A stretch of DNA of 64,000 nucleotides from Camelus ferus (lineage: Eukaryota): the NCBI RefSeq assembly GCF_009834535.1, contig NC_045697.1:59274001-59338000 (forward strand), given 5' to 3'. Below, in pieces: positions 13,800-27,325 of this stretch. The first letter of the stretch is position 1. Each line of letters opens with the position of its first letter. A model generated the notes under the pieces. That model was not told the origin of the DNA. It searched no databases and worked only from the letters and a program-made list of their open reading frames with translations. The translations under genes were made by a program, and so were the position numbers.

Positions 13800-14185
13800 A
13801 TGATGATAGCATGCACTCAAAATAGCAACTCTGCTGTCTCATACATCCTTCTTCCTGGTGTTCTGACTTGTTTAATAACAACCGATAGTTCTCCCTTTCT
13901 CCCAAGAATTACTATTGGACAAACAAAAGTCACCTCCTCCCCCACCTCTTATTAGTAGACCTTGGCCAATGACTGTGGATCATGGGTGTTCAATTTAAAT
14001 GTCAGAACTTCACTGTGGGATCAGAACAAAGCCACTCTTTAGCTGAGATTCATCCTTGCTTAGCTTTTCTTCCTGCTCTATCCTGCTTTGCTCATCCCGT
14101 TTCTTATAAAAGCACTCCCCCAAAATACCACTCGAAGAAGAATCCTCAACTCAGGCTCTGCTTCTGTGGAGCACAACCTAAGAGA
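13800..14185 (+). mobile_element. ERVL LTR (LTR16A-like)
   Basis: 'ttggccaatgactg' and 3' end 'aagaatcctcaactcaggctctgcttctg...aacctaagaga' resemble the LTR16 family. Confidence 0.7.
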
Positions 14186-16284
14186 GTGGTAAAGTATCTT
14201 CTTGCCTTTCAGCAGGAAAGGAGTTATTGACCCAAGTCATGACTGGAGGCAAACCCAAACAAATAACATGAATGAAATTATTCATGGGCACATGAAGACA
14301 GCTGTTGGAGCATTCCTAATATAATCGGAAAAGATTCTGCAAGAATTGGAGAAACTGCAGGTCACAACAAGAAAAAGTAAAATTTACTGCTACTATGTCT
14401 CCATTGTATACCCTGAACTAGAGTAGCCTGGGAAACGGGCTACATTACCGTAAGAAACAAGCATTCCCAGTCATGGGATTGCTTGTTATCTTCTATTCAG
14501 ATTACTCTACCTCTTGTTATATGTGGGAAGTCATTGTGGTAAACCAAAGATGGCTTATTATGCATGGACTCAGGTCTAACAGAGTACACAATTTTGAGGT
14601 GTATTTCTTCTGGGCCGTGGTGAACACCAATGAGTAACATCTACTCAGTTTTGTGATTTACCTGCATAGTACTTTTAAACACCATAAACTTGAGCCTTAC
14701 AGCATTGACATAATTTTCCTATCTTCTGCTATTAACTTTCTCTTAATCAAATGTTTTTCTAAATATTTTACTTGATTTCTACTTTTTGAACTTGGAAGTT
14801 ACAATCCAACTTCCCTGAGATATCCCTAGTGAAACTGACTTTGTGGGGTTTTCTGTTTGTTTTTATGTTCCTAAACACATCAGTCACATATGAACAGATA
14901 GTTTTAGGTTTATTTCCTCCAAAGCTACTAACATTTGTTTTGTATGGATTTTATTGGTTGAAATCTTAGAGGAATTTAATTCCTTCAATTGTAAGTTTTA
15001 AGTTCACATCTCATTCTTTTCTCCCCTTCTCAAAATCTACTTTCAAGAACTGGGCAGAGCTGAAGTAAAATAAAGAAATGGCCTGAATATCAATCACTAG
15101 TAAAATACCAGTACATTTTTATCTTAGAAGAAGGCTGATCACAAGGATTTTCAGGGCTGTTAGTCTATCTTCATGCTTTCAGCCTGGTACTAAACCTAAC
15201 ATTTGAGAGCGGGGAATTTAATCTCTTTTTAGTTTATCTTTAAACTGAAAATGATTCTTTTATATTTCAGGATTAATCTAGAAGCTAAAGATATCACAAT
15301 TCTCTCAAAAATCACTATCATTTCATAACTATCTAACAATCAGGAGATCCTTAACACCTAAAACAGCTTGAATAAACTTCTATTTATCAGATAGTTGATG
15401 CCTGTCAGTTAGGACTCATAGATGGCCTGATGTACCCCTATCAGTCATTTCTGAAACTAGACATTTCTTTTACTCATAAATACTGCCAGATTTGCCTGTC
15501 AAAGTCACTATGGCTCCATCACTAGAGATTTGTTTGTTTGGCTTAGGGCTTTGCTTCTCTGTGATTCGATTTAACAGGCTGGATGTTAGGCATCTAGGCT
15601 GAATTGGCTGGCATCCTTATCTGGGACTGTTTTTGCACAGGGGAAAAATGGTATTTTTCCTTTTGGCCCCATTCTTCTTTCTTCCTAAGACTTTAAATCA
15701 GAACAAATAAGATAAGAGTAAGATTCCTAAGGACAATTTTCCCTATCTACCACATAAGACTAGTCCTGTATTTTCCAGCTGTGATCTGTGGAGATGTTAA
15801 TAAATGATACGGTTTTCTTTGAATTTACTCTATAGCACAGCAAAGAATTACAGTGCAATTAGAAGTATTGAGAAATGTTACGGGAAAAAACTTGTTTTTT
15901 TCTTTAGACTTTCAACTGTTTTTCGAACTTAAATGACCAATAAATAATTTTGATAGTACATTGTTTAACCTCTTGCAAGCCACCGATATTGGGGCTACTA
16001 GTTTGAAAATACCAGTTTAGTATAAAATCAGGGCATTTATATTCCAAATCAAGGTGACAGCCTGTCTCTCTAATGTATGCACCTCTGCAGTCCCTCTGAT
16101 CCACAGACATGTGAATTATATGTACAGGGTCCTCACGTAATGCCTTCCAACATGAAGTATGATCACTGTGGGTTTCTGTATTAATTAAAAAATACTTTTA
16201 TTATAAAATAAATATATATTCAGTATTTACAACATAGAATTAAGGCTAGTTATATAGGTTGATGTATAGAATTAAGATTAACTT

Positions 16285-16890
16285 ATATTAGTTAAAGTCT
16301 GTAGTTACAAATTCCAGAAATGCAACTCAAACTGGTGATTTGCAATTTAAATCAAACTGGTGAGTGATTATCAGGTGATAAAATTGGAAGATCATAAAAC
16401 CAAAGAAAGAACTTCGGGACTGAAAACAGATCTGGGGAGTGTCAGACTCCAGAACCAGAGGCCTGGCACGTTGGCTCCCTCCAGCTTCCTCTCGTTTGGG
16501 ATTGCCTTTGCTTGGCTTCATTTTCCCTTACGTCAGACAGCTTTTTCCCAAATAAAGTGAAAGGCAATGGTTCCCAGTAGCCACCAATTTATGTTCTTCA
16601 AACTTTATGACCTGAAGTGAAAGGATGATTTATTCTTGCTTTAAATTAAAAACTCAGGGCAGAAATCTGTTTAGACTACATTAGATCATATAACAGGCGT
16701 GGACCAATCACTGTGGATGGTGGAATTGACAGAAAGAATCTAGAGCTGGATCATATGCTTACCTTTTAAACCTGGATGATGGGTTATTGAATATCTCTGA
16801 ATTGAAGGAGTGGCTTCCAAAAGAAAAGGTTGGGAGAAGGGAGGGAGGAGGGGTTCCAGAACAGGCAAAAATAAAAATATTCACTACATT
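16285..16890 (-). mobile_element. Old MaLR LTR (MLT1K/L-like)
   Basis: 'cagaaatgcaactcaaactgg' start, 'ggaccaatcactgtgg' internal and 'caggcaaaaataaaaatattcactaca' end. Confidence 0.6.
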
Positions 16891-17589
16891 TCGTCTTTGA
16901 TAGACACATCTACACCCTTTTACCAATACTTAAACTTGCAAAAATGCCCATACTGAGATAAGGCAATTAGTTCATGTGTGACTGAAAGCATGTTTATTCT
17001 CCTCCATTAGAACACCACCTGAAATCTTGTTCAGTTACTGCATTTAAATCTCTGGATTGTGGTTCAGTTCCCTCAATCAGGTCTGAGTGTACCACTTCAT
17101 GATCTGGCCACTTTGGGGCTAAAATATTTAAAAAAAAATCACCTCCACATATGCATTTTAAAATAAAAACAAGAAGACAAAACAAACACAGTAAGACCTC
17201 TTTTTAAAAAAACAGGGAAAATGAAAAACAACATGCAGCAATCAGAGCACCAGGGTACAGATTGTATTCTACTAGGTAATGGTCTCTAAATTATTTTCCA
17301 CTTGGCTCAACAATGAGTCTACAAGGAAGCAGCCATATTTCCTACACATGAGAATGGATGGAGCCTCCTTCTCCCAGTGTTCTCCATGATCACTTTTCAA
17401 GGGGCTATGGGAGGATTTTTGTCTGTGGATGATACTACCTTAGGAAGTTCTCTTCCTATTTACATGAGTTTAGGAAATCTTGAAACGGCTTCAGGGATTA
17501 AGTAATCATAGGCTTCTGATAGCCAGCCAGGTCTGGGTGGCAAACACTGTCTCTTAAATCAGTGGGATGCCAGGCAATTTGATTCCACT

Positions 17590-17604
17590 CCCCCCCCCCC
17601 CCCC
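17590..17604. repeat. Poly-C tract (15 C)
   Basis: Seen directly in the sequence. Confidence 0.95.
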
Positions 17605-17609
17605 ATTTA

Positions 17610-18475
17610 CACTCACTTCCTCATGTATTTTCATGGATTTAAATATAGCCCCTATGTTTCCCTTGAGCATCAGAATTGCATTTCCATCTCTTCCTTGGAG
17701 CCTCCATGGAGGAAGTTCAAATTTAACGAGGCCGGACTGGTAGTTCTTCTCATAGTCTTTATCTGGCCCTGTAATTCACCTATTTTCTTGGGCAAAACAC
17801 TCTCGTAAATCATATACACAAACCCAAGTTTATTCAGAATCTGACTAATTATCACCATTTCTACCGTCATCTCAATTTAAGCCAGTATAATCCCCTGCCT
17901 GGACAACAGACTTCATGTGCAAAAGCTTCCTAACTAGCCTGCCACCTCTACTTCTGTCCTAGGACTGTAAGTTCACTACATAACAACCAGAGTAGATTTT
18001 ATTTTGAAGTTTTATGTCAGGTCAAGTAAACGCCTCTGCCCGAACAATCTTGTCTTCTCATTATTTAAAAATAAAATTTAAAATCCTGACCATACCCTGT
18101 AAGGTCTGGGCCACAACCGTCTCTGAAACCTCATTCTCTGATGAGCTCTACCTTGCTCAGTCCGTTCTAACCACACTGTTTTTTTGCCGTTTGGTGAACA
18201 CTTCAAGCTCATAATGCCCCGGGGCTTTTGTACTGCTGTTCCCTCTGGTTCTATTTTTCTGACCTCAGGTATAAACATGATTTTCCTCATTTCTTTCAAG
18301 TTGCTTCTCAAATGTCATTTCTCATAATTTTTTTTCTTCATAGTGCTTATATTTACCTATTATATATTATTTGTGTATTTTCTGTCACCCCACTAAAATG
18401 CTCGAATGTGGTCTCTCACTAAGAGGCATGTTCTGTTTTGCTGTTTGCTGTTTTTTAGAATGGTGTCTAGAAATT
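17610..18475 (+). mobile_element. L2 LINE 3' portion
   Basis: 'cttcctaactagcctgcc', 'aaaatcctgaccatacc', 'tactgctgttccctctg' L2-like blocks. Confidence 0.75.
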
Positions 18476-18694
18476 ATCTATATATATACACACATATAAT
18501 TGTATATATTATAGCATGTAATATGTTAAATATATATAATTATATATCATATATAATGTGTGCATAATTATTTTTATAGCTAGTAACCAGTGCCTAACTA
18601 ATAATCATTTGATGTTGAGCTGCCTTTTTGGTTTTTGTTTCTTAGCAACGAGCTAACAGGGGCTCTGTCTTTACTCTTGTGTCTAAGTCTAACA

Positions 18695-18925
18695 ATAAGT
18701 GTCAGGCACTGTTTTAAGTTTATGAACAATGCCTTCACTCATTCTTCCTTCTCAGCAGCCCTATGGGGTAAGTAAAGTAGTATTATCCCCATCTTGGAGA
18801 AGGAAAGTGAGGCATAAAAGGGTTCACTCATTTCCCCGTTTTGCGCAGCTAATAAGAGGCAGAGCCAGAATTCATCTGAGGCAGTTTGGCTCCTGAGTCT
18901 GTGTGTGCGACCACGCTCATGATAC
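18695..18925 (-). mobile_element. MIR SINE
   Basis: 'tgtcaggcactgttttaag...tattatccccatc...gaggcagagccagaattc' matches reverse-complement MIR. Confidence 0.85.
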
Positions 18926-19306
18926 TTTGTCCTGCTCAGGCCCTGGCTTCTTCCACAGAGCAATGAGCAACACTGGGCCGAGAGGGAGAGTCAAGGGAAG
19001 CAGCATCCCGGAATGTTCTCTCAGGGCTTTGTCAGGTGGCATGTGCAGCTGGCTCGGCTGGGGCTTCAGACTTTCTCACTTTCCTGGCACCACCGAGGTC
19101 CCAGTCCTCACTTCTTTTTGGATTCCTACTCCCTAGTCCTTGCTCAGTTGCTGAAATTTAAAATGATATAGAGAACCATGCTATTATAATGATCCAAAGT
19201 CATGACTGACCTTCAGCAGTTTTGTGCTGTAGACCATAAGCAGACAATGTCATTTGTGCGAAAATTGCGTTCTGTTTCCTTTACTGCTTTCAGTTTGGGT
19301 CACCTC

Positions 19307-19473
19307 AGTTTTGGTTCTCAATTCTGTTTGTACATTTGAGTCACCCAGGGAGCTTTTAAAAATACTTGGCCCAACCACATAACAATTAAATAAAAATCTC
19401 TGAGGATGGAGCCAACCCTATTTTTAAAATTCTCTTGGTAATTCTAACAAGCAACTAGGGTTGAGAACTTTTG
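19307..19473. mobile_element. MER5-family hAT-Charlie MITE (copy 1)
   Basis: TIR-like ends 'ggttctcaa' and 'ttgagaact', plus the 'gagcttttaaaaatac' motif. Confidence 0.7.
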
Positions 19474-19481
19474 CCTTATAT

Positions 19482-19646
19482 CAGTGGTTCTCAAACTTTA
19501 CCACGTGGCAGGATCACCAAGAGGGCTGACTGAACACAGATTACTGATTCAGCATGTCTGGGGTGAGGCTGGAGAATTTCCTTTCCCAACAAGCTCCCAC
19601 GTGAGGCTAATATTGCTGGTTTGAGACTGCAGTTTGAGAATAATTG
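19482..19646. mobile_element. MER5A-like hAT-Charlie MITE (copy 2)
   Basis: 'cagtggttctcaaact...agtttgagaataattg' TIRs. 8-bp flanks ccttatat/ccttagac. Confidence 0.85.
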
Positions 19647-19785
19647 CCTTAGACTGAAGGTGGTCCTTCTTTGCAGTACCTCACTGAAGTTTTAGAGGAG
19701 CCAGCCTTTTCTGATACTCTGATATTTCCTACCAATTCTCCTAAATTTCTAGCCTCCACAGGACCAGAATCTAAATACCAGTATT

Positions 19786-19831
19786 TAACAGATATATTGT
19801 AACAGATATATTTTAACAGATATATTTTAAC
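19786..19831. repeat. Tandem 14-mer TAACAGATATATTK, about 3.3 copies
   Basis: Seen directly in the sequence. Confidence 0.9.
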
Positions 19832-19965
19832 CGTTTGCTGGAGGGAGTCATATCACAACCTCCTAAGTTAGTTGATTTTTGTTTTGTGTCTCCAAATTTT
19901 TATTATTACCAGTAGTGTCCAGTGAGCATCTTTGAACATAAACCTTATCAGCCTGTGCAGGTGGT

Positions 19966-20143
19966 CTGCATTCTCCAATAGGAAAGCCATCACTCTCATG
20001 TGGCTTTTTACATTTAAATTCTTTTTCTCTGTCACGTTAGCCGCATTTCAAGGGCTTAACAGCACACATGGCTAGTGTCTACCATATTAGACTGTGCAGC
20101 AGAATATTTCCATTATTACAGAAAGTTCTATTTGATAGTGCTG
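19966..20143. mobile_element. MER3-like hAT-Charlie element
   Basis: 'tagccgcatttcaagggcttaa...cacatggctagtgtctaccatattagac...cagaaagttctatt...gctg'. Confidence 0.8.
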
Positions 20144-20858
20144 GTTAGATGTTTGTCAGACGTGTTTCCTTTACCTAAGCAGGCAGCTAAATACCTTTTC
20201 CCATCCCTTACGTTGAAGCCTGGCCATGTTAGTAGGTATTGTCCGTGGAGTTTGAAGAAATGGTATGTCTCTTCTGGGCTAAGCATGGAAGAAATCTGTG
20301 TCCCTGAATGATTTCATGGAACAGAGAGGGTGGGCCCCCTTCTTCAAGCCAAGGTGAATTGTGACATGAGTGAGAAATAAATCTTGATTGTGTCAATCCA
20401 TTGAAATGCTGAGGTGTTTAGTTACAATATTTAGCCTAATCTGTTTAGTTCATTGCCCTAAAAAATGTTAGTAATTGTGACATAGCATTCTTAAGTACCA
20501 ATACTTTTTTTTTCCAAATACTACAAGCATTAATCCATTTTATTGTTATTTATTATTGTAGAGTAGATAATTGAATGCAGTTTTATTTGATGTAGGTAAG
20601 CCTTTTCTCTTGATATTTGCAGAAATGTTCTTCATTCATTAAAATACTTATTTTTTATGTATGTATACATTTATTTTTATTTTTTCTTTGTCCTTGGTGA
20701 ACCCTTTAAATATTCAGGCTAATGTTCATTTTCAGCTTAAGAATGTTTCTGTTATTTATTATTTTGGATCTGGTGCTTTATACTATCATGAATTGTTTAA
20801 GTCCTTTTTTTCCCCCGTAGATTAAGTTTCCTGGATCTAGCTCCTTTTTCTTTCATCC

Positions 20859-21252
20859 TTGTTTGTCAGTCTGCTCAAGCTGCCATGACAAAATACCACA
20901 GGCTGGGTGCCTTAAACAACAGAAACTTTTTTCACAGTTCTGGAGGCTGGTCCACGGTTAAGGCTCTGGCAGATTTGGTTTCCGGTTGAGTCTCCCTTCT
21001 TGGCTTGCAGATGGCAGCTTCCTAGTTATGTGTTCACATGATCTTTCTCTGGTGCATGGATGTAGGGAAAGAGATACAGAAAGAGAGCTCTCTCATTTGT
21101 CTTCTTATAGGGACACTCATCTGAAGGGATCAGGGTCCCACGCTTAAGGCCTCCTTTAACCTTAATTCCTTCCATCTCCAAATACAGCCACACTGCGTGT
21201 TACGACTACGACATAGGAATGGGAGATGCAAGTGTTCATTCGGTCTGTAAAA
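20859..21252 (-). mobile_element. MaLR solo LTR (MLT1A/C-like)
   Basis: 'gctgccatgacaaaataccacaggctgggtgccttaaacaacagaaa...cacagttctggaggctgg'. Confidence 0.85.
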
Positions 21253-22097
21253 ATAATTTTTAAAATTTCTTTATGAACCTCAGAATTGTGGGTAAATTCT
21301 AATAGTCTTCGTTTTTACTAATATATTTTCTTTAGTTGTTAACTTGTTTTTCAAAGCCTACATTATATTTGAAATTTTGATCTTGTGTTTTTATGTTGTT
21401 GCAGATTTTCCAGATCTCATATTGTTTTCCTTTTCTCATGATTAGTTGCTCTGATAGCAAAGATGTGTTTTGATTCTGATGATACAAAAATTCAGTGAAG
21501 TTTATTTGCTGTTTTAGGTGCTAGAACACCAAATCCAGTGAGCAAAAAAGGGACTCATTGAAAGGATCATGGGATAACTTAGGAAACAGAAAGGCAAACT
21601 AAACCATGAAGCATTAAAAAAATTCAAGAATTTTATCATGTAGAAAGGTCATCAAATATCTCAACTCCAACTGTGTTCATTCTCCACATGATTCTGCCCA
21701 AAATTAAAATTACCTAGAGATAAAATCTCATTAACCTCATGAGGTCATATTTTCTCTTTTATGAGAAATTTTGAGGATAAACTGTGTTATATCCAGTTAA
21801 ACAGACAAAAATGATCATTGTTAAGGGGGAAATTGAAATGTTTTTCAGTTACACTTTTCTATAGCATATTTTCAATTTTCCAAAGATGACAGATATTTTT
21901 CTAATAGTATAATTTCTTGTAGGAAATGTATTACACAGGAAAGATTTAAAAATTTTTTTTTGGATTGACTTTTTCTTCTTCCTTGTGGTATCATTTCATT
22001 ATTTTTAGTGTGGTGAGGTGGTTTATTGTTTATTTTGAGAAGAAATCAAAGTCCTCACCTGTCTTAGAGAATACTATTGTGTTACATTTTTAGGGCC

Positions 22098-24338
22098 TTT
22101 TTTTTCCCAGTTATTGAGCTATTATTGACATATGCCATATGCCAGTTTAAAATATACAGTGGGATGATTTGGTATAAGTATATATTGTGAAATGATTATC
22201 ATAATAAGGTTAGTTAACTTTTCCATCCCCTCAATTAACTTATTTTTATGGTGTTTATATTTAAGATTTATTCTTCTAGCAACTTTAAAGTATATAATAC
22301 CATGCTGTTAGTTATAGTCACCATGCTTTCATGAGATACACAGAACTTACTCATCTTAAAGCTGCAGTTTGTTCCCTTTAATTAACTTCCCCCCATTTCT
22401 CCCACTCCCAGCTTCTGGCAACCATCATTCTACTCTCTATGAGTTCGACTTTATTAGATTCCACATACAAGTGAGAGAATGCAACATTTGTCTTTCTCTG
22501 TCTGACTTATTTCACTTAGTGTAACACCTTCAAAATCTATCCATATTGTCTCAAGCAGCAGGATTTTCTTCATTTTTATGACTGAATAATATTCCTTTGT
22601 GTGTATACACATGTATATGCATGAAAATATAATATAAATTATATATGTACTGTATTATATATAAAATATATGTGTATATATATGTTACATTCCTGTATCC
22701 ATTCTTTCATGCATGGACACTTAGTTTCCATATCTTGGCAATTATGAATAATATAGCAATGAATGTGGACTTGCAGATATCTATTCAAGGTAGTAAATTT
22801 ATCATCTTTTGAAATATCCAGAAGTGGGATTGCTGGATCATATGGTAGTTATGTTTTCAATTCTTTGAGGAATCTTCATACTGTTTTCCATAGTTGCTAC
22901 ACCAATTTATATCTGTTAGCAGCATACAAATTACCTTTTCTCCACACTTTTGTGGATACTTGTTCTCTCTTGTCTTTTTGATAATAGCCTTTCTAACGGG
23001 ATATCTCATTGTGGTTTTGATTGTTATTTCTTAGCACTTTTTCATGTATTTGTTGGCTATCTGTATGTCTTCTTTGGAAAAATGTCTGTTCAAGGCATAC
23101 ATCCATATTTTATTTTATTTCTTAATTTTTTTTAAATTTAAGCATAATCAGTTTTCAATGTTTTGTCAGTTTCTGGTGTACAGCGTAATGTTTCAGTCAT
23201 ACATACATATACTTGTTTCCATATTCTTTTTCATTATCGGTTACTACAAGATATTGAATACAATTCCCTGTGCCATACAGTATAAACTTGTTGTTTATCT
23301 ATTTTATATATAGTAGTTAGTATCTACAAGTCTTGAACTCCCAATTTATCCCTTCCCATACCCTTCACCCTCAGTAACTATGTTTGTTTTCTATGTCTGT
23401 GAGTCTTTTCCTGTGTTGTAAATAAGTTCATTTGTGTCTTTCTTTTAGATTCCTCGTATAAGTGATATCGTATGGTATTTTTCTTTCTCTTTCTGGCTTA
23501 CTTTGCTTAATATGATAATCTCCGAGTCTATCCATGTTGCTGCAAATGGCATTAGTTCATTCTTTTTTATGGCTGAGTAGTATTCCATTGCATAAATATA
23601 CCACAGCTTCTTTATCTAGTCATCTGTCAATGGACATTTAGGTTGCTTCCATATCTTGGCTATTGTAAATAGTGCTGCTCTGAACATTGGGGTGCATGTA
23701 TCTTTTCAAATTAGAGTTCCCTTCAGATATATGCTTAGGAGTGGGATTGCTGGATCATATGGTAAATCTACTTTTAGTTTTTTATCTATTCTTTATACAA
23801 CTAATATTTTTAGTTTTTAAAGGAATCTCCATACTATTGTCCATAGTGGCTGCACCAAAGTACATTCCCACCAACAGTATAGGAGGGTTCCCTTTTCTCC
23901 ACACCCACTCCAGCATTTATCATTTGTGGACTTTATAATGATGGCCATTCTGACTGGTGTGAGGTAATACCTCATTGTAGTATTGATTTGCATTTCTCTG
24001 ATAACTAGCAAACTGAGCATTTTTTCATGTGTGTATTGGCCATTTGTATATCTTCATTGGAGAACTGCTTATTTAGGTCTTCTGCCCATTTTTGGATTGG
24101 TTTGTTTGGTTTTTTGTTATTGAGTTGTATGAGCTGTTTGTATATTCTGGAAATTATGCCCTTGTCAATCAAATTTTTGTGTTTTGCTATTGAGTTGTAT
24201 AAGTTTCATATGTATTTTGAATATTAACCCCTCTCAGATATTTGGTTTACAAATATTTTCTCCTATTCTGTAGGTTTCCTTTTCATTTTGCTGACTGCTT
24301 CTTTTACTATGCAGAAGTTTTGTCATTTGAGGTAGTCT
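22098..24338 (-). mobile_element. Older L1 (L1MA/MB-like) 3' region, interrupted by a younger L1
   Basis: L1 3'UTR/ORF2-end motifs at 22098-23107. The same element resumes at ~24165 ('aatcaaatttttgtgttttgctattgagttg'). Confidence 0.85.
23108..24168 (-). mobile_element. Younger L1 3' fragment nested in the older L1
   Basis: T-rich tail at left. ORF 23817-24020(-) gives the ORF2 C-terminal motif '[22 protein letters not shown]...[12 protein letters not shown]'. Confidence 0.9.
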
Positions 24339-26049
24339 GAGGGCCTTCTTTATGTGTTTCCTGTGTGCACATCTCTTTCAGAAAGGTGTGGATGATCAGT
24401 TGGTCCCCTATGGCTCCTAGTCTGAGTCAATCTGCATTATATAATTTAGAAACACTTTGACAATTTTAGGACATGGATAGTACATTTTTCATTTCCAAGG
24501 TCAATACATATTTCCCCCATTTTCGTATTTTGAAGGCCATTTGCATTGATACCTAGAAGGGGAGATTTAAATATTGAGATTCCAGTATCAACCAACACAG
24601 GATTTTTCAAATCTCTTTTAAATGAAAGTTGCCAAACATAACATATATTTTAAACATTTTAAAACTTAACCTCACATAATATATTAGTGAGAATGAAAAA
24701 AAATCACAGTATATATTTCTCTCTGAGGGGTAACACTCAAGGCATTTATCAATCATTGACACAGTATTAGGCAATAGACCATCGGATATATAACAGGGAA
24801 TATAAATTATGTGTGGTAACAATGTCAATAGGATAAGTTGTGGAAGCAAAACTCAATTAAGGGCTATTGCTAAGAACGGCAGACTTGGAAATGAGAGCCT
24901 TCGAGTAGTCATTTAGTTACCATGTAGAACAATCTGATTTTTCCTTTGAGAACTTTTTGTTGTAGATGGACATGGAAATCATGTGCTAGCCTATAGATGT
25001 GCTTAGTAAGAAAAACAGTGAAAAGAGAGGAAAAAACTTCAATATACATTTGTTTCCATATGCAATGGATGCACGTATCTGTATTTGCATGCATATATCA
25101 CCTATGAATATGGATATGTTGTATATGCACATGAATTTATAAGGGAATGAATATATGCATAGCCAGATGAAACTAATAACAGGTTTACTGTGAATGAGGT
25201 TATTAGCATGATGAGACTGGATATAGCACAACAGCATGTCCAGCTCCAGGTGGTGCCATTCATGAGTAGTTTTATATCACACACCTATGTAGCCAGAGGT
25301 TGCAGCCTAGCCTGGGAGGAAATTTTTTCACTGTTTATATTTTCATATATTTTAATTCTTTGAACTACGTAAATATATTAACTATTGAAAGTAGTAAGTG
25401 AAAAAGTAAATTGAATCTCTTCAGGAGAAAAAGTATGTGACTTTGAAAACAAATTAAAATTGCATGAGACTTTTATATCTGCCTGATACCACAACAAACA
25501 TTTTTCATCAAAAGAACTATTTCTTTTAGGAAAAAAACCTCCTCTTTATAACTTTTGCTTTTTCTTATTTTCTCTAACTTTTATTCCATAACAGTGTAAG
25601 TCAAACAGCATTTTTTGTGATTACTTCAATATGTGCATCAAAATTTTTCGTGGCAAAATAGTAGAAATTACTAAACTATTTAACTAAAAGAAATATAAAA
25701 TTCATTTTTTTCAATAAACTGCAGTTTTATTTTATAAAGCAAATTTCATAATCTTTTTTTTTTCCCCTCAAGCATTTGACTGGATTGTTGGGTTTCCTAG
25801 AGCAAGGACATGAGGCATTAAAACCAGATGCTTCTCATGAGCAATCATTTCTCTCTAAAGACAAGCTGAACTATCTTGAAATTTGAATTGATCAATTTAT
25901 TTTCCATTTTAAACAAATTTCAACCTCAATTTTAATCCCAGCAGTCATGTGTTCAGTGGATACTAAATCCAGAAATATCAGAACCAAATTACTTAAACAT
26001 TGCTCGGGAAAGCCCATTGTGCCCTAATTTCACTCAAATTGCAAAATAA

Positions 26050-26610
26050 ATATGTCATTTAGGAAAAGTTAGGCTGTGCTGTGATAACACACAATCTGAA
26101 ATTCTTAGTGGTCTGAAATAACTAAGCCTTATTTCTTGGTTATGCTTCTTGTCCATTTCTGGACAGCTAGGAACTACCATCCAAATCTTCCTTTCTCCAA
26201 GCTAGGGTTTTTTAATGGTGGCACTGTTGACATTTTTGCCTGGCCAACTTTTTGTTGCCTGAGGGTGGGAGAGGTCTGGGTTGTCTTGTGAGTGCTTGTA
26301 AAATATTTAATGCAGACCTAATTTTTACTCACTAGATGTAGGTAACATCCTTTACAGTTGGGCCAACCAAAAATGTCTCCAGACCTTGCCAAACATCCCC
26401 TATGGTGGCACAAGTAATACTTGGGAACCACTGCTCTCCAGAACGTGTCTGTCAGGACAGAGGGAGATAACGCATGGAGACCTGCATGTTGGCTCTTTAA
26501 GCATCTGCCTGGGAATGAGTCACACCACTTCTGTTTAAGTTTGGTTGGCCAAAAGATGGCCATATTTAGCTTCCTGGAGAGAGGGAAGTACAATCCTACC
26601 AAGTTCTCAT
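26050..26610 (-). mobile_element. Old MaLR LTR interrupted by MER20
   Basis: 'gttaggctgtgctgtgataac...ttagtggtctgaaataac' at left, 'ttggttggccaaaag' at right. Confidence 0.6.
26202..26433 (+). mobile_element. MER20 hAT-Charlie element
   Basis: 'ggcactgttgacatttt...caaccaaaaatgtctccagac...ttgggaaccactg'. Confidence 0.85.
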
Positions 26611-26746
26611 GAGGAGAAAAAAAAAAAAATTAGGATGCCAGCACTGATTATCGGAGTTCTGTTGTATGTTTTGATAAGGAAATGAGTATCTTTGCTTTTC
26701 CCCATAAGTTGTATATTTTCAGCAATGGATCATTGACTTTCACAAG

Positions 26747-26885
26747 TTTGTTTTTTTTGTTTTGTTTGTTTGTTTTGCGGGGAAGTAATTAGGTTTATTT
26801 CTTTTTAGAGGAAGTACTGGGGATTGAACCTAGGACCTCCTGCATGCTAAGTATGCAGTCTACCACTTGAGCTATACCTTCCCTC
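26747..26885 (-). mobile_element. tRNA-Ala-derived SINE of camelid type (Vic-1-like)
   Basis: Minus strand reads 'gagggaaggtatagctcaagtggtagactgcatacttagcatgcaggaggtcctaggttcaatccccagtacttcc' with A and B boxes, then 'aaataaacctaattacttcccc' and an A-rich tail. Confidence 0.85.
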
Positions 26886-27109
26886 CTAGACTTTAGTCAT
26901 TAACAGTTTCATATATATGTGTATATGCAATAGAGCAACTATTTCCCATATCTTTGGGGTATATTAGAAAATAATTACTAAAAAACTAGTGATGATACAC
27001 TAGTTTATAAAAGTTATAAAGGAATACCATATTATCCTCAGCACATTTTGTGTTGAATGTTTACCATACAAGGAACTGCCCTAAGGCCTTAGGTTCACAA
27101 AAGGTAAAA

Positions 27110-27325
27110 GGGAAAGAACAAACATTTTTTTGGCATTATGAAAGATGATTTTTATGTATATCATATTTAATTCCCCAAAAGTGTTTTGAAGGAGGTATCA
27201 TTACACGCCTTATATCATTGAACAATCTGAGCATCAGAGAATTTGAGTTGTGACCACATTTATTGAGTTAGTAAGAAACAGACTGAATTCAAATTCTGGA
27301 GCCCTCTGTCCAACTCTGTGCTCTC
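27110..27325 (-). mobile_element. MIR SINE
   Basis: Degenerate reverse-complement MIR core. Confidence 0.55.

Noticed and set aside
17026..17118. Minus-strand exon candidate (PKWPDHEVVHSDL...)
   Set aside because: Weak donor (gtggtg) and an unrecognised peptide.
23687..24227. ORFs resembling reverse-transcriptase protein
   Set aside because: Fragments of a truncated L1 ORF2 or its antisense, not a host gene. The same applies to 44970-45295.
26810..26885. tRNA-Ala gene
   Set aside because: It continues into a SINE tail, and the stems carry mismatches.
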